Shown: one piece after another, positions 48,255 to 59,823 of the stretch | Numbering within the stretch: position 1 is the stretch's first letter | Layout of the letters: each line of letters starts with the position of its first letter | Source of the DNA: an uncultured delta proteobacterium | Lineage (GTDB): Bacteria > Myxococcota_A > Polyangia > Polyangiales > Polyangiaceae | DNA length: 64,000 nucleotides | Direction: 5' to 3' | NCBI GenBank assembly: GCA_963850305.1 | Contig: CAWKKR010000004.1 | Coordinates: 128,001-192,000 of the forward strand | Position numbers and translations under genes: made by a program | The notes under the pieces: generated by a model | What the model was told of the DNA's origin: nothing | Databases searched by the model: none | Seen by the model: only the letters and a program-made list of their open reading frames with translations

Positions 48255-49100
48255 TCACCAGCGACGGGCGCGACCCGCCTTGGTCTCGGTGACGACCTGC
48301 TGGTCCTGCTCTTTCTTCAGGAGCACGCCGGTGAATGGGAGCTCCGCGCGGATCCGATCCGCGCCGACACCCGCCGCGGCCAGGACGGCGATCCAGTCCA
48401 CGAGCTCGCTCGTCGAGGGACGCTTCCTCACCCGTGGAATGCCGCGCACTTCGTAGAAGGCGCCGATGGCCTGCTCGACGGTCTGATCGTCGATGTCCGG
48501 ATGGTGCACGCGCACGATGCGCTTCATCAGCTCCGGCTCCGGAAAATCGATGAAGTGGAACACGCACCGCCGCAGGAATGCGTCCGGGAGCTCCTTTTCG
48601 TTGTTGCTCGTGATGATGACGACGGGCCGCTCTTTCGCGACCACCTCGTCCCCGGTCTCGGCCACGACGAACCGCATGCGATCGATCTCGTGCAGGAGAT
48701 CGTTGGGGAACTCCAGGTCCGCCTTGTCCACTTCGTCGATGAGGAGCACCACGCGGCGCTCGGACTTCAACGCGCGCCCGAGCGGCCCGAGCTTGATGTA
48801 GCGCCGGATGTCCTTGACGCCCTCGGGCCCGGCATCGCCGAATCGCGCGTCGTACAGGCGCTGCACCGTGTCGTAGACGTAGAGTCCGTCCTGCGCGCGC
48901 GTGGTCGACTTGACGGGCCAGTGGATGAGGTCGAGCCCGAGCGCCTCGCCGACGGCCGTCGCGAGCAACGTCTTGCCCGTACCCGGCTCGCCCTTGACGA
49001 GCAGCGGGCGCTCGAGCGTCAACGCGGCGTTGACCGCGGCGTCGAGTGCCGGGTCGGTCAGGTAGCTCCGGGTTCCCTTGAATGGCGTGTGCTGGCTCAC
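48255..49100 (-). CDS. MoxR family AAA+ ATPase (CoxD-like)
   Basis: GEPGTGKT, LLIDEVDKAD, TSNNEKELPDAFLRRC, PSTSELVDW. Confidence 0.92.
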   Translation of the reverse strand: MSQHTPFKGTRSYLTDPALDAAVNAALTLERPLLVKGEPGTGKTLLATAVGEALGLDLIHWPVKSTTRAQDGLYVYDTVQRLYDARFGDAGPEGVKDIRRYIKLGPLGRALKSERRVVLLIDEVDKADLEFPNDLLHEIDRMRFVVAETGDEVVAKERPVVIITSNNEKELPDAFLRRCVFHFIDFPEPELMKRIVRVHHPDIDDQTVEQAIGAFYEVRGIPRVRKRPSTSELVDWIAVLAAAGVGADRIRAELPFTGVLLKKEQDQQVVTETKAGRARRW

Positions 49101-49192
49101 GTGGCTCTCCGATTCCGGCTGCTACCATGGAAGGCCCGGCGCCGCCCTCCGAAACGAGCGATGGCGATCGCGATGTGGGATGATGGAGGGCC

Positions 49193-50236
49193 ATGGGCAG
49201 CGCGGTTCCGGGGGCTCGCTATGAAATCCGCAGCGCCGTGCCGGGTGACGAAGAAGCCCTCCTCGAGCTCGCCCGCGAACTGAACACGGTCAATCTCCCG
49301 AACGACCGCCCCCACATTCAGCGCCTGCTCGCGCAGAGCGCGAAGAGCTTCGCGGGAGAGCTCGCCCCGAAGGCGCGAAAGTACGTATTCATCTCGTGGG
49401 ACCTCCACACGGGGCGGGCCGTCGGGACGTCCATGATCGTCGCGCAGCTCGGGCGACGCGGCGCGCCCTACATCTATTTCGACGTGCAGACCGAGGAGAA
49501 GTACGCGGCGAGCGTCGACAAGCACTTCGAGCACACGCTGCTCCGGATCGGATTCTCGTACGACGGCCCGACGGAGCTCGGCGGGCTCGTCGTCGCGCCT
49601 GCATACCGGAAGGCGCCGGAGCGGCTCGGGCTCTCGATCTCCCACGTGAGGTTCCTGTTCATCGCGATGCATCGGAATCTCTTTCGCGATCAGCTCCTGG
49701 CCGAGCTTCTGCCGCCGCTCGAACCCGACGGGACGAGCCCTCTCTGGGAAGCGATCGGCCGGCGCTTCACGGACATGAGCTACGCGGAGGCGGATCTGCT
49801 CTCGAGCGAGAACAAGGATTTCATTCGTGACCTGTTTCCGCGAGACCCGATTTACGTGACGCTCCTCGGACCCGAGGCGAGAGCCCTCGTCGGCCAGGTC
49901 GGCGCGGGCACGAAGGGCGTGGAGAAGATGCTCCGCCGCATCGGTTTCTCCTATTGCGACCGGGTCGACCCGTTCGACGGTGGACCCCACTTCACGGCGA
50001 ACACCGACGACGTCACTCTCGTTCGCGAGTCCGGCACGGCCGCCGCGGGCGCCGCACTCGAAGCGAGCGCGGAAGTCCCGCGTTACCTCGTCGCACGCGA
50101 AGCCGAGAGTGAACCGTATTTCCGCGCTGTCGAGACGCCCGCATCGCTGAGCGCCGGAACGCTCCGTTTGCCCTCCGGCGTGCTCGAGCAACTCGCCGTG
50201 TCCGAAGGCGACACTGTTCACTACTTGCCGAGATAG
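49193..50236 (+). CDS. astA: Arginine N-succinyltransferase family
   Basis: NLPND, YDGPTELGGL, SPLWEAIGRRFTDMSY..AD, VDPFDGGPH. Confidence 0.88.
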   Translation: MGSAVPGARYEIRSAVPGDEEALLELARELNTVNLPNDRPHIQRLLAQSAKSFAGELAPKARKYVFISWDLHTGRAVGTSMIVAQLGRRGAPYIYFDVQTEEKYAASVDKHFEHTLLRIGFSYDGPTELGGLVVAPAYRKAPERLGLSISHVRFLFIAMHRNLFRDQLLAELLPPLEPDGTSPLWEAIGRRFTDMSYAEADLLSSENKDFIRDLFPRDPIYVTLLGPEARALVGQVGAGTKGVEKMLRRIGFSYCDRVDPFDGGPHFTANTDDVTLVRESGTAAAGAALEASAEVPRYLVAREAESEPYFRAVETPASLSAGTLRLPSGVLEQLAVSEGDTVHYLPR

Positions 50237-50330
50237 CGATCTCTCCCGGAACGCGGGTCTAGTTGAGCCACTTCGGAACGCCATGCCCGAGCGGCGGATT
50301 CCCGCGTCCTCGACGAGACGATGCGCATCC

Positions 50331-50708
50331 CTCGCGGCGGACGCGGGCATCCTTGCCGAGGACGCGGGCATCCTCGCGGCGGACGCGAGCATCCTTGCCG
50401 AGGACGCAGGCATCCTCGCTGCGGACGCGAGCATCCTTGCCGAGGACGCGAGCATCCTCGCTGCGGACGCGAGCATCCTTGCCGAGGACGCAGGCATCCT
50501 CGCTGCGGACGCGGGCATCCTCGCTGCGGACGCGGGCATCCTCGCTGAGGACGCGGGCATCCTCGCTGAGGACGCGGGCATCCTCGCTGCGGACGCGGGC
50601 ATCCTCGCTGCGGACGCGGGCATCCTCGCCGCGGACACGGGCATCCTCGCTGAGGACGCCTCCGTCCTTGACGTCATCATGCCCGTCCTCGACATCATCG
50701 TCGCGGAT
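50331..50708. repeat. 21-bp tandem repeat array, 15 conserved plus 3 degenerate units
   Basis: Consensus CT(C/T)GC(G/C/T)G(C/A)GGACGC(G/A)(G/A)GCATC. Units are contiguous, with no spacers. Confidence 0.95.
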
Positions 50709-50747
50709 CGCTGCGCGATCCCCGGCTTCCGTCGACAGAGGACGTAC

Positions 50748-52218
50748 TCACCGCGACCGGACGTCACGAGAGTCGTCCGGTTGCCGTTGCACGAGCGTGG
50801 GTCGAAAGTCCGCGAACTCCCGGCCGTCGTCCCCGAACGCCAGGCACTCGTCGCCGCGGAGGTAGATCGCGGCGCACGTCTCCGCGGTCCTGTCTTCCGC
50901 CTTGAAGCACACGGCGCCGTTCTCCCGGACGCGGTATGTTCCCGGGACGGTCTCGCCGTCCACGCGAACCCGATACGTGCCGTCGTTCGCGAACGTCGCT
51001 TTGGCGGCCATGGTGCCGAACACGTGCCCCTCGAAGTTCCGGGTGGCCAGCGCCTGGGTCACTTCCCGAACGCTCGCTCGATGTTGCCGAAGTCCACGCT
51101 CGAGCACGACATACCGCCCACGGGAGCCCAGGAGCTCGAACCCGACCGCTTCGAGGTGCTCGAGATCGCGGGTCGCGCCGACCTGCGTGACGAAGAAACG
51201 CGGTCCGGGTGAGCTCGCGGAGGCCGTCCGCGGTCGCGAGGACGAGCACGGGACCGAGACACACGGGGTGATAACTGAAATAACGGCGTTGCACGACGAT
51301 GCCGAGCGCCATCGCCGCCACGAGCGCGAGCGTCCACGGGTTCGGTTTCACGAGGCACACCACACCGAGCGCGGCGATGCACCAAGCGCAGCGCCCGAGG
51401 AACATCTCGAGTCCGAGGCCGTGCACCCACTCCGGATCCAGCGGCGACGCGGCGTAGTGGGGGAGATAGCCGAGCCACTCGCGGAGTGCCGGTCCGGCGC
51501 CGACCGCGGAGAAGTAACCGGCCGTAAGAAGAAGCGGCGCCACGAAGCCGACCGCGAAGGCCAGCAGCGTCGAGGTGCGTTTCTGCGCTACCGCGCCGCG
51601 CCACGCCCGGAATGCGAGGATCGGGAGCGCGAGCAAGGCGAGAGGTTTCATGAGCGTCGCGAGCGCCGCGAACACTCCAGAAGTCGCGCTTGCCGGGCGG
51701 GTGAGGCGACCCGAGACGAGGCTCGCGTAGCTCGCGACGACGAAGGCGGATTCCCAGAACTCGGCTTGCGCGGTGTCCCAGAATCCGAACAGGGTGACGT
51801 CGAACACCGCGAGCGCGAGCGCGGAGAAGCCGAACACGCCATCGGGGAGAATTCGCCCGGCGAGCGCAGGTTCGTCCTTACCCGACGCTGTTGCTACCAG
51901 GGCGGCCGTGCCGAGGACGCTCAAGAGCTCGAGGATCCGGATCGACGACTGACCCGCGCCGAAGAGCGTGATCGCGAGCGAGTACATCGCAAAGATGCCG
52001 GGCGTCTTCACGTCGAATGCGTCGCGGTACGGGACTCTCCCGTGGAGCCACCCGGCGCCAACGTAGTGATAAAGGGCCTGGTCGATGCCGTAGCGATAGA
52101 AGCAGGTCGGGAGCAGGAGCAGCACGGCCGCAATCGTGGCCGCAACGTCGAGCTGCCGGCGCCGGAGCGCGCCAAAAAGGCGCGCGTCCAGGGGCTGCGC
52201 GGCAACGTCGGGGGTCAC
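50748..52218 (-). CDS. GT-C (GT39/ArnT-like) membrane glycosyltransferase, disrupted near 51210
   Basis: DQALY...PYRDAFDVKTPG, many TMs, YFSYH. The C-terminal PRFFV...GRYVVLER continues in another frame (ORF 50748..51107). May be a pseudogene. Confidence 0.7.
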
Positions 52219-52371
52219 GGGCCGCGACGTTACCTCAACCGGGATGCACGGCGTGATCGTGCGGGAGTCTTGCGTTTCCTGGTGAACCGCCTGGCCCGCA
52301 AGCTGTCGAGAGCCGGCGCGGGACACGCCCTTTCTGGTGTCCGGCGGGACGAACGGTTACGCTCGGCGACG

Positions 52372-53382
52372 ATGATGAAGCGATCCTTGGTCTTGTGCGT
52401 CGGTGTTGGTGTCGCGTCCTTGTCGGCGTGTGGCAGCTCGAGCAAAAGCAATACGCAACCCCGGGACGTGAATTCGACGGATGGAGGCGGGACCGACGCC
52501 GGCGAAGACACCCGGCCGTGCGGCACGAACACGCTCACCGCGGGGACCTTCGATTTCCCCTATGCGAGCGACGCCGACGGGGGAACCGTTCCGTATAGCT
52601 ACATCGTCCATATTCCGCCGAGCTACGACGGCACGAAGCGGACGCCGCTCGTCTTGAACTGGCACGGGCTGACGTCGAACGCGCCGGAGCAAGAACTCTT
52701 CTCCGGGATGGATCAGGTCGCCGACGGCCACGGGGACGCCGGAACGGATACGGGCGGGTTCATTCTCGTGTATCCGAACGCCCCCGACATGGCGTGGAAC
52801 GCCGGCACTTGCTGCGAGGTCGGGGACAGGACCCGCGACGACGTCGCGTTTGCGAGAGCGCTCGTCGCCAAGATCGAGAGCCAGGCGTGCATCGACACCA
52901 AGCGCGTCTATTCGACGGGAATGTCGAACGGTGCATTCATGTCGTACCGCCTCGGTTGCGAAGCGGCGGACCTCTTCGCGGCCGTCGCGCCCGTTGCCGG
53001 CAAGGTGGGGATACCGGATTGCCATCCGTCGCGCCCGGTGCCCCTGATGGCCTTCCACGGCACTGCAGATCCCCTGGTCGCCTACGACACCGGCTCTCTC
53101 TCGGCGGACGGCTATACGGTCCCCGAGACCGTGCAGCACTGGGCCACGGACGCCGACGTCGACGGATGCACCGGAGACCCCGAGCAGACGTATGACAACG
53201 GGAGCGTGACCTGTCAGACGTGGTCTCACTGCAAGGCTGGCGTGACGGCCACGTTGTGCACCGCTCAAGGTGAGGGTCACTGCTGGCCCGGCACTGCGTT
53301 TTGCCCGTACGGGGCCTACACGACGGACATCGACGCGAGCTCGCAGATTGCCGACTTCTTCAAGAAGTTCAAGCTGCCCTGA
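52372..53382 (+). CDS. Lipoprotein esterase, PHB depolymerase/LpqC-LpqP family
   Basis: Lipobox LSAC; PLVLNWHG, WNAGTCC, TGMSNGA, FHGTADP, GHCWPG. Confidence 0.9.
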   Translation: MMKRSLVLCVGVGVASLSACGSSSKSNTQPRDVNSTDGGGTDAGEDTRPCGTNTLTAGTFDFPYASDADGGTVPYSYIVHIPPSYDGTKRTPLVLNWHGLTSNAPEQELFSGMDQVADGHGDAGTDTGGFILVYPNAPDMAWNAGTCCEVGDRTRDDVAFARALVAKIESQACIDTKRVYSTGMSNGAFMSYRLGCEAADLFAAVAPVAGKVGIPDCHPSRPVPLMAFHGTADPLVAYDTGSLSADGYTVPETVQHWATDADVDGCTGDPEQTYDNGSVTCQTWSHCKAGVTATLCTAQGEGHCWPGTAFCPYGAYTTDIDASSQIADFFKKFKLP

Positions 53383-53409
53383 GCAGCGCGAACAGCCGAG
53401 TTCGCGCGC

Positions 53410-54333
53410 TTAGAGTTCGACCAGCTCGGGTGCCAGAGCGCGGATCTTCGCACGCTGGGCTCCGGATAATCCGGTCTGTGGATGCCGGACGGTCGCCGAC
53501 CTCAGGATGCCGGCAGCGACGAGGGCTTCCTTCACACCCCAGTGGGGGACGACGACCGGATCTTCGTCGAAGAGCTCCGCGGTGACGATCGACGTGGCCC
53601 CGCGGAGACGAGCCTGTGCGGCCCGAGCCGCAGCGTCCGCGCCCATCCGATAGGCGTCGACGAGCTGAATCAAACTCTTCGGCATCAGCGCCGCGACCGG
53701 ACAGATGGCCCCAACGCCCCCCTCTTCGAGACACGCCAGACAGTCGGCGCTGCGCCCCGTGAACATGGAGATGGGACGCCCCACGGCCCGGATCTGAGCG
53801 CGGAGATCCTCCGCTTCCGCGGAGGCGTTCTCGATACCCACGAGCGACACTTCGGCGAACAAGGTGCCGACCTGCTTCGCGGAGAGCGCGGGGTGCGTGG
53901 GACGCGACGCATGATAGTGAAGGGTCGGGAGTTCGACGTCGCGCACGACGGCCGTGTAATGCTGGATCACCTGGGTGAACGGCGTGTCGTACGGCTGAGG
54001 CATGCCGACGAGCACGGCATCCGCGCCGAGATCGCGGAATCGCTTTCCCTGTTCGACGGCGACCGCCGTGGCGAACTGGAGTAACCCGACGAGCACGGTC
54101 GCTCGCCCACGAGCGCGCTCGGCGACGTGACGGACGATCGCGTAGCGTTCGTCATCCGTGAGGTACGGGCCCTCCGCGCCGCTCGCCAGAACCGTCAGAC
54201 CCCGTACTCCGTGCGAGAGCAGTCGATCGACGATCTCCCCCAGACCCTCGAGGTCGAGGCTCTGATCGTCGTGAAACGGCGTCGGTAGGACCGGGTACGC
54301 TCCGATGAGACGGTCGGCGATGCTCGGGACCAC
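53410..54333 (-). CDS. DapA/NanA (DHDPS) family protein lacking the Schiff-base Lys
   Basis: PTPFHDDQSLD, LTDDER, GADAVLV; LVGIEN where IVGIKD/E is expected. AGGAG RBS 7 nt before GTG 54333. Confidence 0.8.
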   Translation of the reverse strand: MVPSIADRLIGAYPVLPTPFHDDQSLDLEGLGEIVDRLLSHGVRGLTVLASGAEGPYLTDDERYAIVRHVAERARGRATVLVGLLQFATAVAVEQGKRFRDLGADAVLVGMPQPYDTPFTQVIQHYTAVVRDVELPTLHYHASRPTHPALSAKQVGTLFAEVSLVGIENASAEAEDLRAQIRAVGRPISMFTGRSADCLACLEEGGVGAICPVAALMPKSLIQLVDAYRMGADAAARAAQARLRGATSIVTAELFDEDPVVVPHWGVKEALVAAGILRSATVRHPQTGLSGAQRAKIRALAPELVEL

Positions 54334-54343
54334 GACGATTCTC

Positions 54344-55075
54344 CTAGGGGGCGGTCGGCGACCCCTGCGACGCGAACGCACCCTGAGCAACTCGCTCGTC
54401 GTGGACGACCTTGCCGTCGCGCATGTGCACCACGCGGGGCATCCTCTGCGCGAACGCGGGGTTGTGCGTCACGACGACGATGGTCGTGCCGTGATCCCGG
54501 TTGATCTGGAAGAAGAGCTCGTGCACGGCGTCGCTCGTCGCGCTGTCGAGGTTACCGGTGGGCTCGTCCGCGAGCACCAGCTTCGGATCGAGGAGCAGCG
54601 CGCGCGCGATCGCCACGCGCTGCTGCTCTCCGCCGGACAGCTCCCCGGGTCTGTGCGTCGCGCGATGCTCGATACCGACTTCTTCCAGCAGGGCGCCCGC
54701 TCGCTTCGCGAGCTCCTTCTTGCTCTTCCCGAGGATGAGCCCCGGCATCATCACGTTCTCGAGCGCGTCGAATTCCGGCAGCAAATGATGAAACTGAAAG
54801 ACGAAGCCGAGGGTTCGATTTCGGATGGACGCAAGGCGTGCGCCGCCGAGCTTCGTGAGATCTTCTCCGGCGAGCCGGATGCGGCCCGACGTCGGCAGGT
54901 CCAGCGTGCCGATGCAGTGGAGCAAGGTGCTCTTGCCGGCGCCGGACGGACCGACGATGCAGAGGATCTCGCCGGCGTAGATATTCAGATCGATACCTCG
55001 CAGGACGTCGAGAGTCCGTCCCATGTGCTGGAAGGACTTCTTCAGATCTTCGATGAGGACGAGGGCTTCAGGCAA
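54344..55075 (-). CDS. lolD: Lipoprotein-releasing ABC transporter ATPase
   Basis: GPSGAGKSTLLH, GFVFQFHHLLPEF, LSGGEQQR, DEPTGNLD. Confidence 0.92.
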   Translation of the reverse strand: MPEALVLIEDLKKSFQHMGRTLDVLRGIDLNIYAGEILCIVGPSGAGKSTLLHCIGTLDLPTSGRIRLAGEDLTKLGGARLASIRNRTLGFVFQFHHLLPEFDALENVMMPGLILGKSKKELAKRAGALLEEVGIEHRATHRPGELSGGEQQRVAIARALLLDPKLVLADEPTGNLDSATSDAVHELFFQINRDHGTTIVVVTHNPAFAQRMPRVVHMRDGKVVHDERVAQGAFASQGSPTAP

Positions 55076-55087
55076 GGTTCACCGGGT

Positions 55088-56764
55088 TCACTCGTAACGG
55101 ATCCCGTCGACCGGGCGCAAGCGGCTCGCGGCGAGGGCCGGATAGACGGTCGCCACGATGGTGATGACGAGCGCGCTGAGCGCGACCAGAAGATAGTCGC
55201 TCGCGTTCACTTCGATCGGTAACCTGTCGACGTAGTAGACTTCGGGATCCAGTCGAACGCCGAACCAGAGCAGCCCCAGGCAGCTCGCCAGACCCGTGAG
55301 CACGCCGAATATCGTGCCGATACCGCCGATGAGCATCCCTTCCGCCATGAAGATGCGCAAAATGGCGCCATCGCTCGCGCCGACGGCCTTCAGGATCGCT
55401 ATTTCCTTGCTCTTCTCCGTGACCATCAGCAGCAAGGTGCAGATGATGCAGAAGCTGGCGACGGCGATCGCGAGGGACAGGATGACGAAGGTTGCGATCT
55501 TCTCGAGCTTCAGCGCCGAAAAGAGGTTCCGGTTCATCTCCTTCCAGTCGCGAACGCGGAGCTCGGGGTCGACCGCGTGGACGGCCCGGGTGACGCCCGG
55601 GCGCACGTTTTCCACGGTCTCCGCGTTATCCGTCTTCACGTCGACGGCCGTCACGTGGCCTCGCATGTCCAAAAACTGCTGCGCCACGTCGAGCAGCATG
55701 TACGCGTAGCTCGAGTCGTACTCGTACATGCCACTGTAGAAGATCGCCGCCACGCGGAAGCTCTTCGTACGCGGCATCACACCGAGCGGCCCCAGGTCTC
55801 CGAGCGGCGCCACGAGCCGCACCTCGTCCCCGACATAGACGTGCAGCGTCTTCGCGAGCTCTCGTCCGACGACGACTCCCGGATAGACGTCGGGGGGCTG
55901 AATGAAATCGTCGAGGCTCGGGTCGAGGTCGTGGCTGAGCCAGGGGCGGAGGCGCGGCCCCTTGAGATATCGCTCGCCGTCGGGGCCGATGCCGACGGGC
56001 TCGTCGGCGGGCAGATCCGCGAGCTTTTCGGGATCCCTGAGGTACTCGAAGCGGCCCACCTCGATGTTCCGGAGAAGGTCGATCACGTTTCCGATCGAGT
56101 TCGGATCGACGCCGCGAACGAGCACGCCGGCGGTGTTCGACGCGCTCGACGCCATCGCTTCCCCTCCGACCACCGGAGTGGCCGCGTGAACGCCGGGCAC
56201 CAGCCGCACGGCGCTGAGCACCGAGTCCGCATCGGAGAAGCCGCCGACGTTCGCCGTATCGATGCGGATATGGGCGTTGTTCCCGATGATCTTCCGCTTC
56301 AGATCCGCGCCGAAGCCCCCCATGATCGAGACCACGGCGCACAGCGCAAACGAGCTCACGGCGACTCCGGCGATGGACAGGATCGAGATGACCGTGAGAA
56401 AGCCGCTCTTCTGCGAGCGCACGTGGCGGACGGCAACGAACGTCCCGAACCGCCAGTTCTCGAGCACGTCGAGCACGAGCGGCAGCGCGAGCGAAATGAA
56501 CCCGATGACGAAACCCGTGGCCGACAGCGCCGCACCCACGCGGACGATCTGGTGCCAGAGCACGAAGTAGCTCCCGCCCGGCTCCGGCAATCGAGACGAC
56601 CAGCCCCCCAGACCGAGCATCCCGGCGAGCGACACCACCGTGAGCCCGATCAGCAAACTCCGCCGATGGGCGTAACCGAGGCGGCGGATCGACGCGACGA
56701 TCCCCCACGCGAGCAACACCGCGCCGATCGCGATGAGCGCGATGCGGCCCGGCAAGCCCGCCAA
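55088..56764 (-). CDS. lolE: Lipoprotein-releasing ABC transporter permease LolC/E with N-terminal extension
   Basis: VSIMGGF, SGMYEYD, DWKEMNRNLFSALKLEK, EIAILKAVGA, YPA..A.RL.P..GIRYE. Start uncertain; ATG 56831 plus an indel is possible. Confidence 0.9.
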   Translation of the reverse strand: MAGLPGRIALIAIGAVLLAWGIVASIRRLGYAHRRSLLIGLTVVSLAGMLGLGGWSSRLPEPGGSYFVLWHQIVRVGAALSATGFVIGFISLALPLVLDVLENWRFGTFVAVRHVRSQKSGFLTVISILSIAGVAVSSFALCAVVSIMGGFGADLKRKIIGNNAHIRIDTANVGGFSDADSVLSAVRLVPGVHAATPVVGGEAMASSASNTAGVLVRGVDPNSIGNVIDLLRNIEVGRFEYLRDPEKLADLPADEPVGIGPDGERYLKGPRLRPWLSHDLDPSLDDFIQPPDVYPGVVVGRELAKTLHVYVGDEVRLVAPLGDLGPLGVMPRTKSFRVAAIFYSGMYEYDSSYAYMLLDVAQQFLDMRGHVTAVDVKTDNAETVENVRPGVTRAVHAVDPELRVRDWKEMNRNLFSALKLEKIATFVILSLAIAVASFCIICTLLLMVTEKSKEIAILKAVGASDGAILRIFMAEGMLIGGIGTIFGVLTGLASCLGLLWFGVRLDPEVYYVDRLPIEVNASDYLLVALSALVITIVATVYPALAASRLRPVDGIRYE

Positions 56765-56830
56765 GGCCCAGATCCGCGCGAGCGAGATGCGCGACGCGCG
56801 ACCCTCGGTGAGCCGTCTCGGCGGCAGGCA

Positions 56831-58513
<1,683 letters not shown>

Positions 58514-58582
58514 GACCGTGATCCCGCCCGCGTACCGCGGTTCTCGGAGCGCGTCCACCGCCGTGGCCGGCGCCGGAGCGGG

Positions 58583-59699
58583 TCAGCTCTCGCCGGCTCC
58601 CGACGGCGCATTTTTCATCAAGTACGCCTCGATGAAGGGATCGAGCGCACCGTCGAGCACCGCGTCCACGTCGGCCGTCTGATGCTCGGTGCGAAGATCT
58701 TTCACGAGCTGGTAAGGCTGGAGAACGTAGCTTCTAATCTGATTGCCCCACGCGATGTCGCCCTTGGCCGCCTCGTAGCGAGCGCGATCCTCGTCGCGCT
58801 TCGCGAGTTCGATGTCGTAGAGGCGCGCCTTCAACATCTTGAGTGCCGTCGCGCGGTTCTGGTGCTGGCTGCGTTCCGCGCGGCACACGATCTGAATCCC
58901 CGTCGGCAGGTGCTTCATGCGCACGGCCGTCTCGACCTTGTTCACGTTCTGCCCGCCCTTGCCACCCGCCCGCATCGTCGTCACCTCGAGATCGCCGTCC
59001 GCGACCTCGATGTCGATCTCGTTCTCGATGTCCGGCTGTACTTCGATCGCCGCGAACGACGTCTGGCGGCGCGCATTGCCGTCGAATGGACTGATCCGGA
59101 CGAGCCGGTGCACGCCGATCTCCGCGCGCAGATAGCCGTAGGCATAGGGGCCGATCGCCATGAACGACGCACTGTCCAGGCCCGCTTCGTCGCCCGCCTG
59201 GTAGTCGAGCATCTCCGTCTTGAAGCCATGACGCTCGCACCAGCGGAGGTACATGCGTAGCAGCATCTCGCCCCAGTCCTTCGCGTCCGTTCCACCCGTC
59301 CCGGGATGGATGCTCACGATCGCCGAAGCGTGATCCGCGGGTCCCGACAGCATGCGCGCGAGCTCGGCGCGCCGCACGCGCTCCGACAGGGTCTCGGCCT
59401 GCTTGTCGAGCTCGGCGAGCAGCCCCTCGTCGTTTTCCTGCGCCGCGAGCTCGAAGAGCTCGACCGCCTCTCCGACATCCTTCGTCAGCGAGGTCGCAAG
59501 CTCGATTTTTTCGATCAGCCCGGCACGCTGGCGCAGGATCGCTTGAGCCTTGTTCTGGTCGTTCCAGAAACCGGCTTCGCCCGAGATCTGATCGATCTCG
59601 CTGACATCCCGTTCGAGTTGCGGGACGTCAAAGATGCCCCCTTAGCGCATCGACGCGCCTCTTGAGGTCCGTCAGGAGATTGCGAGTCTCGGCGATCAT
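58583..59699 (-). CDS. prfB: Peptide chain release factor 2, programmed +1 frameshift
   Basis: ORF1 [23 protein letters not shown] (23 aa), then the +1 frame DVPQLE...FWND; SPF and GGQ motifs. Confidence 0.97.
59627..59642 (-). other. RF2 recoding signal AGGGGG-CAT-CTT-TGA-C
   Basis: Internal SD 3 nt before the slippery CTT, followed by UGA-C; the canonical prfB site. Confidence 0.97.
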
Positions 59700-59823
59700 G
59701 GCGAGCGGAAACGTACTACCCCGAGCGGCTCTTTTCCAGCTCGGTCATCGAGAAATCGCTGGCGAGCGAGCGAGACGCCAAGGTGGCGTGGGCACTTCCC
59801 TCGCCTCGCAGGCGGGCAGCCAT

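Noticed and set aside
50331..50708. Array as CRISPR or another guide-RNA array
   Set aside because: Units are contiguous with no unique spacers, and there is no cas, nuclease or reverse transcriptase gene nearby.
49097..50767. 556-aa minus-strand ORF with SAARMPA repeats
   Set aside because: An alternative reading of the 21-bp array running antisense through astA.
50902..52371. N-terminal 490 aa of the 826-aa ORF as a fusion to the esterase
   Set aside because: Antisense to the GT-C gene; the esterase has its own lipoprotein signal at 52372.
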